A stretch of DNA of 64,000 nucleotides from the NCBI GenBank assembly GCA_043228905.1, contig JBHGNT010000007.1:14818001-14882000 (forward strand), read 5' to 3'. The notes beneath the pieces were generated by a model. That model was given only the letters and a program-made list of their open reading frames with translations. It was not told the DNA's origin and did no database searches. The position numbers and the translations under genes are program-made. Below, piece by piece: positions 33,253 to 46,742 of this stretch. Source of the stretch: Azolla caroliniana. Lineage: Eukaryota; Plantae; Polypodiophyta. Each line of letters opens with the position of its first letter. Within the stretch, counting starts at the first letter, position 1.

Positions 33253-34603
33253 GGCTATCCAACCAAACGACTCCTATTTTGGCTGGACTTAGTCGTTTAA
33301 CTCTTCTTCTAACTGACTAAGGACATCAAATCTGTTTGCTAGATCTGGGCTATTAGTACTATTAGGACTATCACATATCCCTACTGAAATAGGCTCGGGT
33401 TTAGTACAATTAGAACTAGCGACTATTTGGTTTACCTGTCTTCTTGGCCTATGGGGGAAATTTATTGCAATATGTCCTGGTCCACCGTTGTAAAGACATA
33501 GTCGATTTGTACGGCGTCGCTGCTTTTCTTCTTCAGATAATGGCCCTCGACAACGTGTAGTGTCAATCTCCATCGGAGTCAGAGTATTCGCTGGAGGCGC
33601 ATTATATGACTCCCTCGGAAAAGGTCTTGCTACCACTGAGGCGTAGGTGGGCTCTGATCTTGCCCTCGGCATCTGTAGTTGTCGTTCCGAACGTCGCTCA
33701 AAGAGGTGGTTGTCACATCTGACCGCGCGACTGATTGCTTTTGTTATGGACTTTGGCTCTTCGGGGAAGGTCAAGAGTAAATCCTTGACGTCGTTGTGTA
33801 AACCATAACGGAATTGCTCCATCAACACTTGATCATGCCAAGGGATATCAGCAGCGAGTAGGCGAAAATCTGCAACATACGGAGGCTGGACGGTCACCTT
33901 GGCGTAATCGGCGAATTTTGTTGATTGCGGTCCTGATGCTGTCAGTATCTCCGAAACATGCTTTAAACTCACCTAGAAACTCTTCAAAATTGTTGAGTAA
34001 CGGGGATTCCTTTTCTAATAGTGGAGCGAACCATGCCAACGCTGAGCCACTTAACAAAGTGCCTACTAAACCCACTCGTGATGCATTGGTGGGATACCGG
34101 GAAGGATGCATTTGAATAATTAATCGTACCTGGTTAAGGAACCCTCTAAACTGCGATCGCGTTCCATCAAACTTCGTGGGAAGGCCAATCTTGGGTTCTT
34201 TATGAATCCCTTGTGTTTCGGGCCCTTGTTGTTGCATCGCTACGATGGTTGCTTCGAATTGTTGCACGCGTAACGCAAGTTCCCCATTCTTTGTTGCGTT
34301 TGCTGCTTTTCTAAGGAGATTTGTTGAAGATCCCCCAGCAACCGTTGGTTTTCTTGTTCCAAAGCATGGAACTTCTCTTTCAAGCATTGAAATTCCGAGA
34401 AAATAGATTGATATTCTTCAGCGCTAATAGTGGCCATGGGATGAAAGAAAAGAGGAATAAGAGATTAGTAGGAAATGAGATAGATAGAAGGTAGGAAAAT
34501 CGGTTCAAACTGTCAGGAACAGTACTAAGACAGAGAAGGAATTAGTACTAAAAGAAGTATTAGTACTAAGAGAGGTGAAGAACTCTTGAGAGAAGGAAAG
34601 AGA

Positions 34604-34641
<38 letters not shown>

Positions 34642-34859
34642 TGATAAGAAAATATATATATTATGTGAAGAAAATGTACAGTAGCTAGGAGGCTTAAGAC
34701 TGGCGTTGAACTGATTTGGTTCGAAATAATGCCTTGTGCCTCCTTTTATAGTGTTCTAAGGAATACTCCTGAAGTTTCTAGAATGTTCCAGAGAAATCTG
34801 GAATATACATCAATTTTCTATAATAAAACATAAATAAAAATAATATTTTATGTATTACA
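33253..34859 (-). mobile_element. 5' part of a Tcn1-like chromoviral Gypsy (LTR 34511-34859, gag 34437-33289), cut by Copia A
   Basis: EPKIGLPTKFDGTRSQFRGFL, LSGSALAWF, TPMEID, degenerate CCHC; TGTCAG...TTACA LTR with (GA)n. Confidence 0.8.
33289..34437 (-). pseudogene. gag: Gypsy gag (PEG10/Tf1-like capsid) with two frameshifts
   Basis: ORFs 34240-34437, 33848-34387 and 33289-33972 join into one gag. Confidence 0.85.
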
Positions 34860-34935
34860 ATGTATAGTCTAATGGTCGAGAGCTCGACCCATGTAGTATA
34901 AGGTCATGGGTTCGAGTCTTGCCATATCATGACAA
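34860..34935 (+). other. tRNA-like / SINE-head-like fragment with Pol III A and B boxes
   Basis: A box TAGTCTAATGG 34865-34875; B box GGTTCGAGTCT 34909-34919; tRNA-like spacing but no complete cloverleaf. Confidence 0.45.
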
Positions 34936-34944
34936 TCACTATAG

Positions 34945-37228
34945 ACAACTAGAGCCGAGTCAGATTCGACTTGTCCAACCGACCGAGCCATAAGGCCTCT
35001 TTCACCCCATCGGATGCAGTTGCGTATTTGGCCTCGATTGTTGATGTGGCAGTGCACTCCTAAAGTTTTGATTTCCATGAGATTGCTCCATTGCTAAACT
35101 TAAAGCAATATCCTGTTGTCGATTTTCGACTGTCCACACATCTAGCAAATTCCGAGTCAGTATACTTGACTACGCATGAGGTGTCGTTTGGACCAAATAC
35201 AATGCCAAGGTCTTTTGTGCCCAACAGATATCTCAACACATGCTTTAATGCATTCCAATGCGATCGGCCAGAGTTGTGCATGCATCTGTTAACGACTCCT
35301 ACATCGTGAGCCATGTCAAGCCGTGTTGCGACCATCACGTACATCAGGAAGCCGATTGCCGGTGCATATGGTACGGACTTCATGGTTTCCCCCTACGAAC
35401 CGGATGCCGGACCAAGATCCTTCATGGAAAACTTCAACTGTAGTTGTCGAACGAGTTCGGCAAGCTCTCCGGCTTGCCGACCGGAGATTAGCATGCCGTC
35501 CACGTAGACGATGAGGAAGATCAGTGACCCATCTCGAGTTGTTTTCGTGAAGAGGCTGTGGTCCTCATCACTCTTAGAGAAGCCGACCGACTGAATGAAG
35601 TCATCGAACTTCTTATACCACTATCACGGTGCTTGTTTTAGGCCGATAGACTCTTCCTGAGTCAGGAAACTACATGTTCTTGGCTGGGTGCCACAAAACC
35701 TTTCGACTGCTTCATATAAATTTCCTCCTCTAGATCACCATGGAGGAATGTCGTTTTGACATTTAGCTGAATCAGCTGCGAGTCCCCGACTGCCACGACG
35801 CCGAGCATGAATCTAAGGGTTGTCATTTTCACCACTGGTGAAAAGATTTCGTTGAAATCAATACCATGTTCTTCTCGAAAACCCTTATCTACTAGTCTGG
35901 CCTTGAATTTTGGGGTGGCCGAATCAGACGTCTCTTTGACTTGAAAGACCCACTTGCACGGAACATCATATTGATTCTACGGGAGCTCGACCAAGTACCA
36001 TGTTTGGTTTGCTCGAATGGAGTTCATCTCGGACTCCATTTCCAAATGCCAGGTGGTCGAATTGACAATGGCCGATGCTTCTTCCTATGACGTCGGTTCG
36101 TCGGCCTCCATAAAGAAGATTCTAGGAGAATATCTCTCCGGGGGTTGCAACAATCTCTCGGATCATCGAGGTATGACTGGACTAGTCACATTGGGTGTCG
36201 AAGTCGGATGATCCAAAGCCGAACCATTCGGTTGTTCTGAGTCGAGCGTTGTCAAGTTAGGGCTAGAGGATCCAGCTACCCGTGAAACTGATCTCGTGTT
36301 ATGGGCTGGGCCTTCATGAAGGGTTGACACTTCAATTGTCTTATGCATAGCCGACTCATTGAACACTATGTCCGAACTTTGAATGAATTGTCTATGCTGA
36401 GGGTCCCAAAGTCAGTATCCGATTTCACCATCTAGTCCATAGGCTACTAAAATACATTTCCTTGACCTTGGTGCAAGATTACGGAGATCATCTTTCGGTA
36501 TGAGGGCGTATGCCTCGCACCCGAAGATCCTCAACTTGTCATAATTTGGTTTACTACCGGTCCATAATTCCTGAGGTATCTTAAATCGTAGAGGCCTACT
36601 GGGCGACATATTGATAATGTGTATTGCCGTAAGTAGGGCCTCCACCCAGAAGCCATCCGACAGTCTGGAGTGTTGGAGCATGGCAACTATCCTTTCTTGA
36701 ATTATCTGATTCATCCTCTCGACAATTCCGTTCTGCTCTGAACTATAGCCTTCCGTATATTCACGTCTGAGTGGACCAAATTGAGTGGACTTGATTCTCT
36801 CGGTGCTGATGTAGGGTGTGATGTGAACGTTTGTTTGTCATACTAGCAATCCTCACAGAACTAATGATCAGAGAAGGAGAGTTTAGGGATGTATCCGGCT
36901 CTGGATAAATGCGTGATGTTGGCCTTGCTAAGGTGTCTGTGTCATCCATGCCATAGTGATGACACAGGAATGTCAACCAGGAACAAGTCACTCTCTCTAA
37001 GTGTGACGTATATCAGGTACAACGAATGTAATTTTGGTCCTCGAGCAAGTAGGAGGTTCCCCATGTGGAGTGTCTACCCTCTCGATGAGAAGCTGGCACG
37101 GATGCCGTCTTCATCCAGTTGTTCGACTGAGATCAAAGGTTTTGAGAGCTCAGGTACGTGTCGGACATTGTGTAGTACTAATGTAGAGCCACCTGGAAGG
37201 TTGAGCTCTATGCTGCCGATTCCGATTA
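34945..37228 (-). pseudogene. pol: Old, deleted Copia pol relic (integrase, RT, RNase H)
   Basis: FWVEALLTA..NMSPS, LIVYVDGML, HWNALKHVLRYLLGT, YTDSEFA; no LTRs found. Confidence 0.85.
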
Positions 37229-38033
37229 TCACGCTAAGTTATCTAGGACAATATTAACGGGTTCTGACTCTTCTATAATATTTATAGAAGCAATGGTACG
37301 ACCATCAATGACTACTCTAGAGGTCTTTAGGGATATCTGATGAGCTTGGCCAAAATTCCTATCAATGAAGCAAGAGTTGGCTCCGGAATCTAAGAGTGCT
37401 AAGACATGTACTAGAGGAGTACTTTTAGTACTAACCATTACTTGAGCTAAGGACACATTGCTAACTTGCTTAGAGGAAATGGAACCACTAATGGGTTGCA
37501 CAGATCTAGGGTTGTCCAACCAAACAACTCCTATTTTGGTTGTACTTAATCGTTTAACTCTTCTTCTAGTTGACTAAGGATTTCAAATATGTTTGGAAGG
37601 CTTCGGCTATTAGGACTATCAGACATTCCTAGAGAAATAGACTCGGTTTTAGTACTATTAGTACTAGAGGTTATTTGATTTACCTACCTTTTCGGCCGAT
37701 GGGGTGCCCCGGTCCACCGCAATAAAGATATAATCGATTTACCCTGCGTCGTTGCTTTTCTTCTTTTGATAGTGGTCCGCAATGACGTGTGGTGTTGATT
37801 TCCATTGGAATCGGAGTATTTGTTGGAGACGTATTGAATGACTCCCTTAGGAAAGGCTTTGTTACGATTGAAGCGTACGTGGGCTCTGATCTTGTCCTTG
37901 GCATTTGGAACTGACGTTCCGAACATCATTCGAAGAGGCGATTATTGCATCGCACCGCACGACTGATTGCTTATTTCAATGACTTTGGCTCCTTGAGGAA
38001 AGTTAAGACTAAATCTTTAACCTCATTACGTAG
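37229..38033 (-). pseudogene. Second Tcn1-like fragment: gag C-terminus plus aspartic protease
   Basis: Homologous to 33253-33810; VLALLDSGANSCFID. Confidence 0.82.
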
Positions 38034-38132
38034 TGTAAAGAATGGCGTGCGGAAGCAAGTAGAAAACCGAAGACAGAAAAATACGCAAGTTTAATGGAGA
38101 GCTTGAATATACGCAGTAGGCAGGAGAGACAA
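38034..38132 (-). repeat. LTR fragment related to the Copia B/F LTR, interrupted by the LINE tail
   Basis: TGTAAAG..GCGTGCGGAAGCA..AATGGAGAGCTTGA resembles 32470-32580. Confidence 0.6.
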
Positions 38133-39161
38133 ATAGATAGATAGATAGATAGATTATATTATCGTCTTTGGAGGTCAAATATGACCTATGAGACCAAAAA
38201 TATTACATTTCACGTGATATGTGTGAAAGTGAATAGTGACTCTCGATGTTCAAGAACTTTACCAATGAATGTTGCAATCGAGAGTGCACATTGTGGTTGT
38301 GAGAGGAATTCATGCAAAGATTGGGCTCGATCGAAGAGATGTGGAAAGCATGGTCGAATATGATCAAAGACAGAGCATTGTATCAAAGTGTGATACTCAG
38401 ACTCGCGAACTTGTTTAGGGCAAAGTGTGCATAGCCGACCACTCTCATCACTTGTACCTCAACGCCCTGTTTCACATCGCAATGCATGTGAGCTAAGTCG
38501 CATGGAAGCAATGGTTCGAATGGCAGATAACGATATGGGCTCTAACATGTATGGATGTGTACGATTTCCCCGTTCCGCAGAGAATATGGTTTTGTAGTTA
38601 GGTGCAACATGTGTAGTATAATGTGTGAAGCGTGAGCCTCCACATTTGTCCCATGTCATGATACATTGGCGTTGCAAAAATGCCTCATTTACAAAGGAAT
38701 CTAATGATGCATCATGAAGCAAGTGTCTCACATCCCATCTACCAAACCATTTTTCTATATCTTGCATCCAACCAGAACACAAAATTTTGCTTTTATGCGT
38801 CTTTTGGATCTTTTTGCTTGCTTCCCACGCAATTCTAGGAAGTCGATGTGAGGGACTTTTTTGAACCTTAAGCATGTATTCAACAACCCTTTCCATGGCC
38901 ATGATCTCAATGGGAAGCGATCCTGTCTTAAGGAGGAGGAGGGTGTAGGGCGTTTGTTTCTTAACTTGTAGAAACTTGGTAAGAAAATGCTTTTGGACAT
39001 TTTCAAACTCTTTCCACATAGATTTAGGGATGCTACCGCCCCATACTTCCACCCCATAGAGAAGAACCGGTGTCACCAAAGTGTCGAAAAGATATTTCTT
39101 GAGGACCCAACACTTAATATCTCCAAGATTGCATGTGTTCTCAAATGCATAATATGCTCAC
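38133..39161 (-). mobile_element. Non-LTR retrotransposon (RTE/RTEX-like), 3' part with CCHC-like motif and (CTAT)5 tail
   Basis: VTPVLLYGVEVWG, RLSSHALRCETGR, CTLC..ESEYH..QC; microsatellite tail 38133-38152. Confidence 0.82.
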
Positions 39162-39320
39162 TGTTGTCCGCCGGAATAGTAACCGACGGCCAAAAGCGTA
39201 GGAATAAGAAACTATATAAAGCGTAACGTATGTAACGCTTCACGCGGGTACGCGTGAACGGCTAATTAGACCTTGCATATATAAAGGGCAGAAAACCTCG
39301 TAAGGAGGTGCGTGTAAATT

Positions 39321-42300
39321 CCCGATCAGTGCGGCCGTTGGGCTAATTCGCAAAATAGGCATCATCGTGGGCGGACACTGCTTCGACATATGGGCGGTCG
39401 TCCTCACTTTGGACGCACCTGGAGCGTACCCAGTGCTTCTGGGCAGACCATGGCTTCGGACAGCAAATATCAAGCAAAGCTAGCAACACGAGTGTATCAG
39501 TTTCCGGCAGGGACGCATCAAGGTTCGTGTTCCTACGGAAGGCAACACACCCCAACCTAAGGGGATAACACCGTTATATGCGGAAGACATCAATATGTTG
39601 GCTGGGGTGGAAGATGCCGAATTGGAAGCGTACCTTGACGAACATCCTCGGATTATTCCGCTGTTCGAGATAGATGTCATCGCAACTGCGGCAGAATATA
39701 CTACGGCCATTGTTCTGAGCGAAGAGCCGTACGAACCAAACCCAGAGTCCATATTGGAACTCAGTAGAGCACGGGCGGCCTTCGAAAGGGAAATGGAGAT
39801 TTCACGACGGGTCACCGCTTTCGCTCTCGACGAAGTGAATGTGGGTACGGGATAGGAACCCCGGTTCCTCTCCATAGCAAAGGAATTGAGGCCGGACCAG
39901 AGAACCACAATCATCGCACTACTCACAGAATATAAAGATGTGTTCGCGTGGGCTCATGAGGACATGAAGGGGTTAGATCCCAAGTTCTATCAGCATAAGA
40001 TCAATTTAGCAACAGACGCAAATTTCTTGTCCAGCAACGTCGCTACCGCATGAACCCCAATTACGCGACCCGCGTGAAAGAAGAAATTGACAAGCTGTTG
40101 AGGGCTGGGTTCATACGACCAGTAAAACAAGCGACATGGCTTAGCCCGATAATGGTTGTCCCAAAGAAAAACGGCAAAATACGGGTATGCGTGGATTACC
40201 GAAAATTAAACGCCATAACCATTACGGACGCATTTCCCTTACCCTTCACTGATAGCGTGTTGGACGTCGTCGCAAGCCATGAGATGTATAGTTTCTTAGA
40301 TGGCTTCAGTGGCTATAACCAAGTGCGTATGCACCCCGACGACCAGGAGAAGACGGCATTTGTCACGGACTGGGGAGTATATGTGGCGGTCGTCATGATG
40401 TTCGGCCTAAAGACAACACCGGCAACATTCCAACAAACGATTACGGAGATCTTTGGGGAATACATTCCGGCGTTCATGCAAGTCTTTTTAGACGATTTTG
40501 CGGTATATGGGCGAACAAAAGACCATTTCTCGCACTTACGTCTCTGCCTGGAACGTTGCCGCACTGCACGCTTAAGCCTGAATCCCGCGAAATGTGCATT
40601 CGGCGTGACCAGCGGGGCTCTCCTAGGCCACATAGTCAGCAAGGAAGGAATAGCGGTCGACCCAAACAAGATCTCCGCTATTACACAAGCTAAAACTCCG
40701 ACAAATGCCAAAGCACTTAGCCGGTTTTTGGGCCAAATACGGTGGCATAGTCGGATGATACGGTATTTGGCGGACTTCGCCACGCCACTACACGTTGTCG
40801 TACATCGGACTCCTTTTCAATGGACTGCAACAGAGGATAAGGCATATGAGGCACTTAAGATAATGCTTACACAGGCCCCCGTAGTACAACCTCCAGTTTG
40901 GGCGAAACCATTTCATGTGTTCGTCGACGCCTCAAACACAGCAATAGGAAGCGTGCTAATGCAACTCACCGAACAAAACTGGTACAGGCCCGTATACTAC
41001 GCAAGTCGTAAATTATCAGCAGCAGAGCGTAACTATTCCACAACAGAGTGGGAGGCGCTAGGGATGATCTATAGCATCAATAAATTCCGACATTATTTAC
41101 TAGGACGGAAATTCACGTTCTACGTGGATCATTCGGCATTATTGTATTTGGTAGAGAAACAAGCCCTGACAGGGAAATTGGCGCGGTGGATGTTGCTGCT
41201 CCAGGAATTCGAGTTTGTAATTCAGCACCGGCTAGGGACGCAACACGCAGTGGCGGATTTTTTGAGCAGACTTGAGAGTGGAGAAACAGTACAAAAAGAC
41301 GACGACGATTTTCCGGACGCCGACATTTGGTGAGTAGCGACATTTGCAGAAAAAACGGAATCCACCTTTCCAGATCGATGGCTTATGGAAATGACGTACT
41401 TTTTGACTAGAGAACTACCTCCACCACAATTACGCACAGATGAGATAAAACGACTAGCCTTCTGAAGCCGTCACTTCTGCCTGGTCGAAGGGTATTTATA
41501 TCACAAAGGAAGTGATGGCATTTGGCGACGTGGAGTCCATCAGGATGAAAAAGAAGCAGTGTTACGGGAGGCACACTGCGGCACGGTCGGCGGCCATTAC
41601 GCAGGCAACGTGACAGCCCGCAAAGTATGGCAGACGGGCTTATGGTGGCCAACAACACAGAAGGACGCATCCGAGTATTGTAGAAAGTGTGATTTGTGCC
41701 AATGGATGGGTCAGCCCGCGGAGGATGCAAGGATGCCACACCAGCCCGTGCTACCATTGGACCCCTTCCAAAAGTGGGGATTGGATTTTATGGGGCCCTT
41801 CACACCAGCAACAGCCCGTACGGGTAACAAATACATATTGGTAGCCACGGATTACTGTACCAAATGGGTAGAAGCAAAGGCACTACGGGAAAATACGGCG
41901 GCCGTCACAGCCAAATTTCTGTACGAGCACATCTGGTGCCGGTTCGGCTGCCCAATTGAGCTCATCAGTGACCAGGGGAGCCACTTCCTCAATACGGTGG
42001 TTCGGGAACTAACACAACATTACGCAGTCATCCATAAGAAAAGCATGCCATACTACCCGCAGGCGAATGGATTAGCGGAATCCACGAACAAAACTTTACA
42101 GACCATTTTAAAGAAAACCGTCAATGAAAACAGAACGGACTGAGATACCAAACTCCAGAGTGCATTATGGGCGTACAGAACTAGTTACAAAACAAGCATA
42201 CGGTCAACACCGTTGTGGCTAGTGTTTGGACTAGAAGCGGTAATGTCGATCGAATTCCGGGTACCTAGTTTGCGCATTCAGGTACGGAACCGATTATCAG

Positions 42301-42689
42301 AAGCCAAGTCAGAGGAGGAACGGCTCTACCAACTCCTCGAACTAGGGGAGAAACGCGTCCACAGCATGGCTGTGTTGGAAGAAGAACAACGACGGCGTAA
42401 AGCATTTGTTGATCGACATCGGAGCGCAAGGGAAAAGGAGTTCGCCGTGGGCCGAGCGGTGCTAGTTTTTCAAACACGCATGGGCCAGATGCCGAGTAAA
42501 CTACGTTTCCGCTGGACCGGCCCATACTGGATAATTGGAGTGGAACAGGGTACGTTCCAACTAGGCACACTGGCTGGAGAAATAGTACGGAAAAAAGTGA
42601 ATGGGTTTCGGCTCAAACCTTACCTGGGCCCTACACCACCTAACCCATTCACCGCCGAACGAGACAAAGCCAGAGAACCCGCAGCGTAA
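39321..42689 (+). pseudogene. pol: Gypsy C pol (protease remnant, RT, RNase H, integrase)
   Basis: RVCVDYRKLN, FLDGFSGYNQ, VFLDDF, VDASN, H..H..C..C, GLDF/SDQG/AE, WTGPY. Confidence 0.92.
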
Positions 42690-42936
42690 AAGGGACAGGC
42701 CCAATTGTACTATAATGTAAAAATAGGGGGTAACTAACCGTTAGGAAAAAAACAAAAAAAAGAAGAAGAGAAGATAGTGACTATTAAAACGACTAAAGGC
42801 ATGCACAAACTCCTAGTTCAAGAACACGCGGCACCACGATGGCTCACCGCCCAAGGAACCCTAAGCCACAAAAAGAAGGAAATAGAAGGTTTTCTGCACA
42901 AAGCAGAAACACAGAATCTAGCTATCAGCGCTCCCA

Positions 42937-45767
42937 TTGCTCCTCCTCACCTTCTTCCCCATCACATCTCAGAGCTCCAACTCACCACTGCTACCCGTCA
43001 CCTCTCCACGAACCTACCCTGGCGATGCCCTACGCCTATGGCTCGTGGAGAAGTGCCTGGATGGTTATATTTGGGTCGCAGAAGCACCTCCGCACCCGGA
43101 CGCCATGGACATCGCCAGGCGGCTTAACATCGACACGGTCACAAACTCTTCCATTCGGAAGAAGTTAGACCTATCTTCACTAGGCGAAAGACATTTCGAA
43201 ATACCTCCTACAGAGGCGCTGCAGCGGTATTTTGGCCCATACTCATCCTCCGCCAAAGCCTATAGAACAAAACAGATTCCGGATCCCTTCTTCCGTGAAG
43301 TGGCCAAGTTCCTACTGGAAGTAGGTTGCGTCCATGTCAATGCTTACGGGATGCCTAAACAGAAGGCGAGCATCATTATCGACACCTTTGAGGGGCATAC
43401 AGTCGACTGGGGGGTCATCACAGGGCCGGCGTTACGGGAAGGCTTGCATGCGTACCAAGCATGCAAAAAGCTCAGGCCAATCATCCAACAATACCTTACG
43501 GTGCTGTTTCCACCCCGAGGTCTACCAGCACCACAGCCCAACAGCCAACCCACGGCCCCGCCCCGCTCCGCGAAACGCAGCTTAGCAGAGTTAGCGGCCC
43601 CAACATGGGAGGAGGAACCCCAACCAGCCCAACCAGACCCAAGGACAATACCTCCTACCGACCAATCGAATACACGGGCGACGCAGGAGGAACAGCCGAG
43701 ACACCCCAGGGAGGCAGCCCCAGAACCAGCCACCGAAGCACGGGGGGAAAGCCCTAGACCCAAACGGCACAGATTGGACAGAAAGGATGGGCGGGGGTTG
43801 GTAAAAAACACCCCCACAGATCTGGAGGCACCAACCGCAGGCGAAGGCCCCGCAACAACAGAGCCGAATACCACCTTCGAAATCATCCGGGAGCCGCGGC
43901 CGATTATTACGACTTAGTGCCAGCGAGGGAAAGCCGTATTGACAGGGGAAAGCGTGGTTTTGGCATATCCGGATATTCCGGATACGGCCCACGAATTCAG
44001 CGCCCTCTTGCAGTTCGGGACCTCTTTCGAGCTCATGGAGTTCCTGGCAACACAACAGGTCAAGGCCGCTCAACCATGGCCAAGGAGCATGCAGAACGAC
44101 AGATGATAGAGCGCGCCCTAACACAAACAACGGAGAGTGACGATGAGGACCGGCTGGCCACGATCGGGAGACAGAGGAACGTTGGGGTACGACGAGTAGG
44201 GATGGGGATACCACCCTTAAACACGGCCCTAGTCGAAGTCCATCGGGAACTGGCAAAGGTCAGCACGGGCGCCAAGGAGATGGCCATAAAAAATAAGAAT
44301 GTCTGGAAGAAGGTTAAACTGACCGACGCCGAACTACAAAAGGCCAACGCATGCATCGCGGAGTTAGAAGCTCATACGACTACAGCGCAACACGAAACCC
44401 CGCCACCGAACCACGTTATTGATGCTCTCAAAGAAGAAATCGAGGCTTAGACTGCCATCGCCTCAAAAGCAAAAAGGGTCGTGCAGCTAGCGGAATCCGA
44501 AATTGACCGCCTTCGAGCAGAGCTATGCCAATCCTCCAACAGAGAAAAGGAGATACGGGCTAACGGACGAAAAGCCGTAAAAACGCTTGAAGAGAAACTA
44601 GCTACGGAGGTGGCACAACACATCCAAACAAAAGACGACAACGCCCAATTACGAGAGGACGTGAAGAAATTAGAGGCGGCAATAGCGGGACTTCGGGCCT
44701 TATTAGAGAAAAAGAAGGTATGGTTCGATGAACAGTTGGTAGTCGAACAAGGCAGACGGCATCAACTCGAAATCCGCCTAAACAATGAAATGGGGAAATT
44801 AGAAAAACAGCATGAAAAGGAATCCCAGCTGTGGGCGGGCCTGAAGGCCACATATGAAGAAGCGACAACCGTTAAACAGCAAAAAATCGCAAATCTCTAG
44901 AAGTCGATGGAAGACGCACGCAACCGCTGCCAGGCCATCACGGATAACGTGCGCATCCTTCTCCAAACCAACCGGGAAAGGTTCACAGCGCAATTGAAAA
45001 CGGCGCTAGACAAAGGATGGATGGCGTGGGCAACCCAAGCAGCGGAACTTCACGTGTATCGTGCGGACTGGAAGAACCGGCGGAAAGACGGCCGAGGGTT
45101 TTATAAGCTAAACGAGGAGAGCATTGCGACCGTACGGGAGGACCTAGCGCAAGACTATCGCACATTAGCAGACCAACACTCCGAAGAACTCGCACAACTC
45201 CTAGATGATTTTGGTGAAAGTCAGGAGGAGCTATTTCACCAGATCACACAAACCGGCAACACGCATACAAACGGGGAACCCAACGAGACACCAATTCCGG
45301 GCCCAGCCGAAGACGAGGAACCTCAGGACCGATCACCAGCGAGGACAACGGAGGAGAATAGCGGGGACGAACGAGCGGAGTTCCCCACAAGACCAGACAG
45401 CGAAACGATTAACCAACAAAAGGTCCAGCCCACACCATCTTCAGAAAACGCGGAAAATAGTGCGGACTAGGCAGAATCCCCGCCCCACGCCCAGGGACAC
45501 ACAAAAATGGCCAAGACCGCGGAGGACGTAACAATAGAGGCGGAGCAGCAGCCGATGGCAAGCACGCTACCGACGGAGCCCAGTCCACGAACTCAAGAAG
45601 AACCCACCGTACCCGGACCACCCGCACACGGCGAAGGCAGCTCCGGGAGAAACCAGGCCGACCAAGCAGAGGAGCCGCACCACGATGCACCTACGGGCCC
45701 TACATCAACTCCGGTCGAGGACACCACAACAGAGCCAAACATCTGGGGCATTTTGGAAGAAGATTAA
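42937..45767 (+). pseudogene. Extra 3' ORF of Gypsy C: globular N-terminus, Pro-rich linker, long coiled coil, acidic tail
   Basis: Successive ORFs 42937-43917, 43917-44450, 44481-44900, 44907-45470, 45507-45767; the last four share one frame, separated by single TAG codons. Confidence 0.72.
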
Positions 45768-46742
45768 CAGGATCGGTCCGACGTGCATAGGCACTGTCCC
45801 ACAGGCGTGCTAGGTCTTGTCCGCCGGAATAGTAACCGACGGCCAAAAGCGTAGGAATAAGAAACTATATAAAGCGTAACGTATGTAACGGTTCACGCGG
45901 GTACGCACGAACGGCTAATTAGACCCTGCATATATAAAGGGCAGAAAACCTCGTAAGGAGGTGTGTGTAAATTTTGGGAATTGTAAAAAGAACGCCTGAT
46001 AATAGAATACTATCTTTTCTGAGCTTCTGTGTATAGCTACGGCTAATTTAGTGTCTGTGTCTCGGATACGTAATCGTAGTAGTACGTTGTCGAGGTATTC
46101 CTCGCGGATGCGTGGAGTGAGGCGGGACCTCGGGGGTCCTGTACCGAAGAGTAAGAGAGAGAGAGAGACCCACTACGTGCGAGCGTAGATTCACAGGGAC
46201 ACGGCCCTTCGACGCAAAGACGCGAGTGGGACAGCGACACAGAAAGACACGAAAGTATGTATGTATATTCAAGACAAACAACAAGAACACGAAGACAACA
46301 AAACACGAAGTCGGTTACAACCGAACAGGCCGGCGAACAGATGTCGATACCTGCTCGTAAACGCACAGAGGGGGATGAGTAGGTTGGAGGTGCTGCTGGA
46401 AGCGCTTGGGCATTCCTCAGAGCAGTGCGGGCCTCCCGAAACCTGCACAGAAGGAAGCTATGGCGCTTGCAACCAGAAAGAGAGAGAGAGAGAGAGAAGC
46501 CTTCGCACGCAAACCGACAGCACTTCGTCCTCGACTCTCCGCGATCCCCTTTTCTCCTCCTTGTCTCCCTCCTTTTATAGGCTAGGAAGGAGCCGTTTCC
46601 CCTTTACTTCCTACCTACCGAATCTGCCCGCCTAGGATCTCCTATGTACAACATAAGGCGCACGTGCATGAAGAGCCGGTTCCTACGCTCTGGTGCACCG
46701 ATTCCGCTTGTGGACGGTTTTCTTCACGACATCCACAGCCAC

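Noticed and set aside
34860-34935. Functional tRNA gene
   Set aside because: I could not form acceptor and anticodon stems; only the A/B boxes are evident
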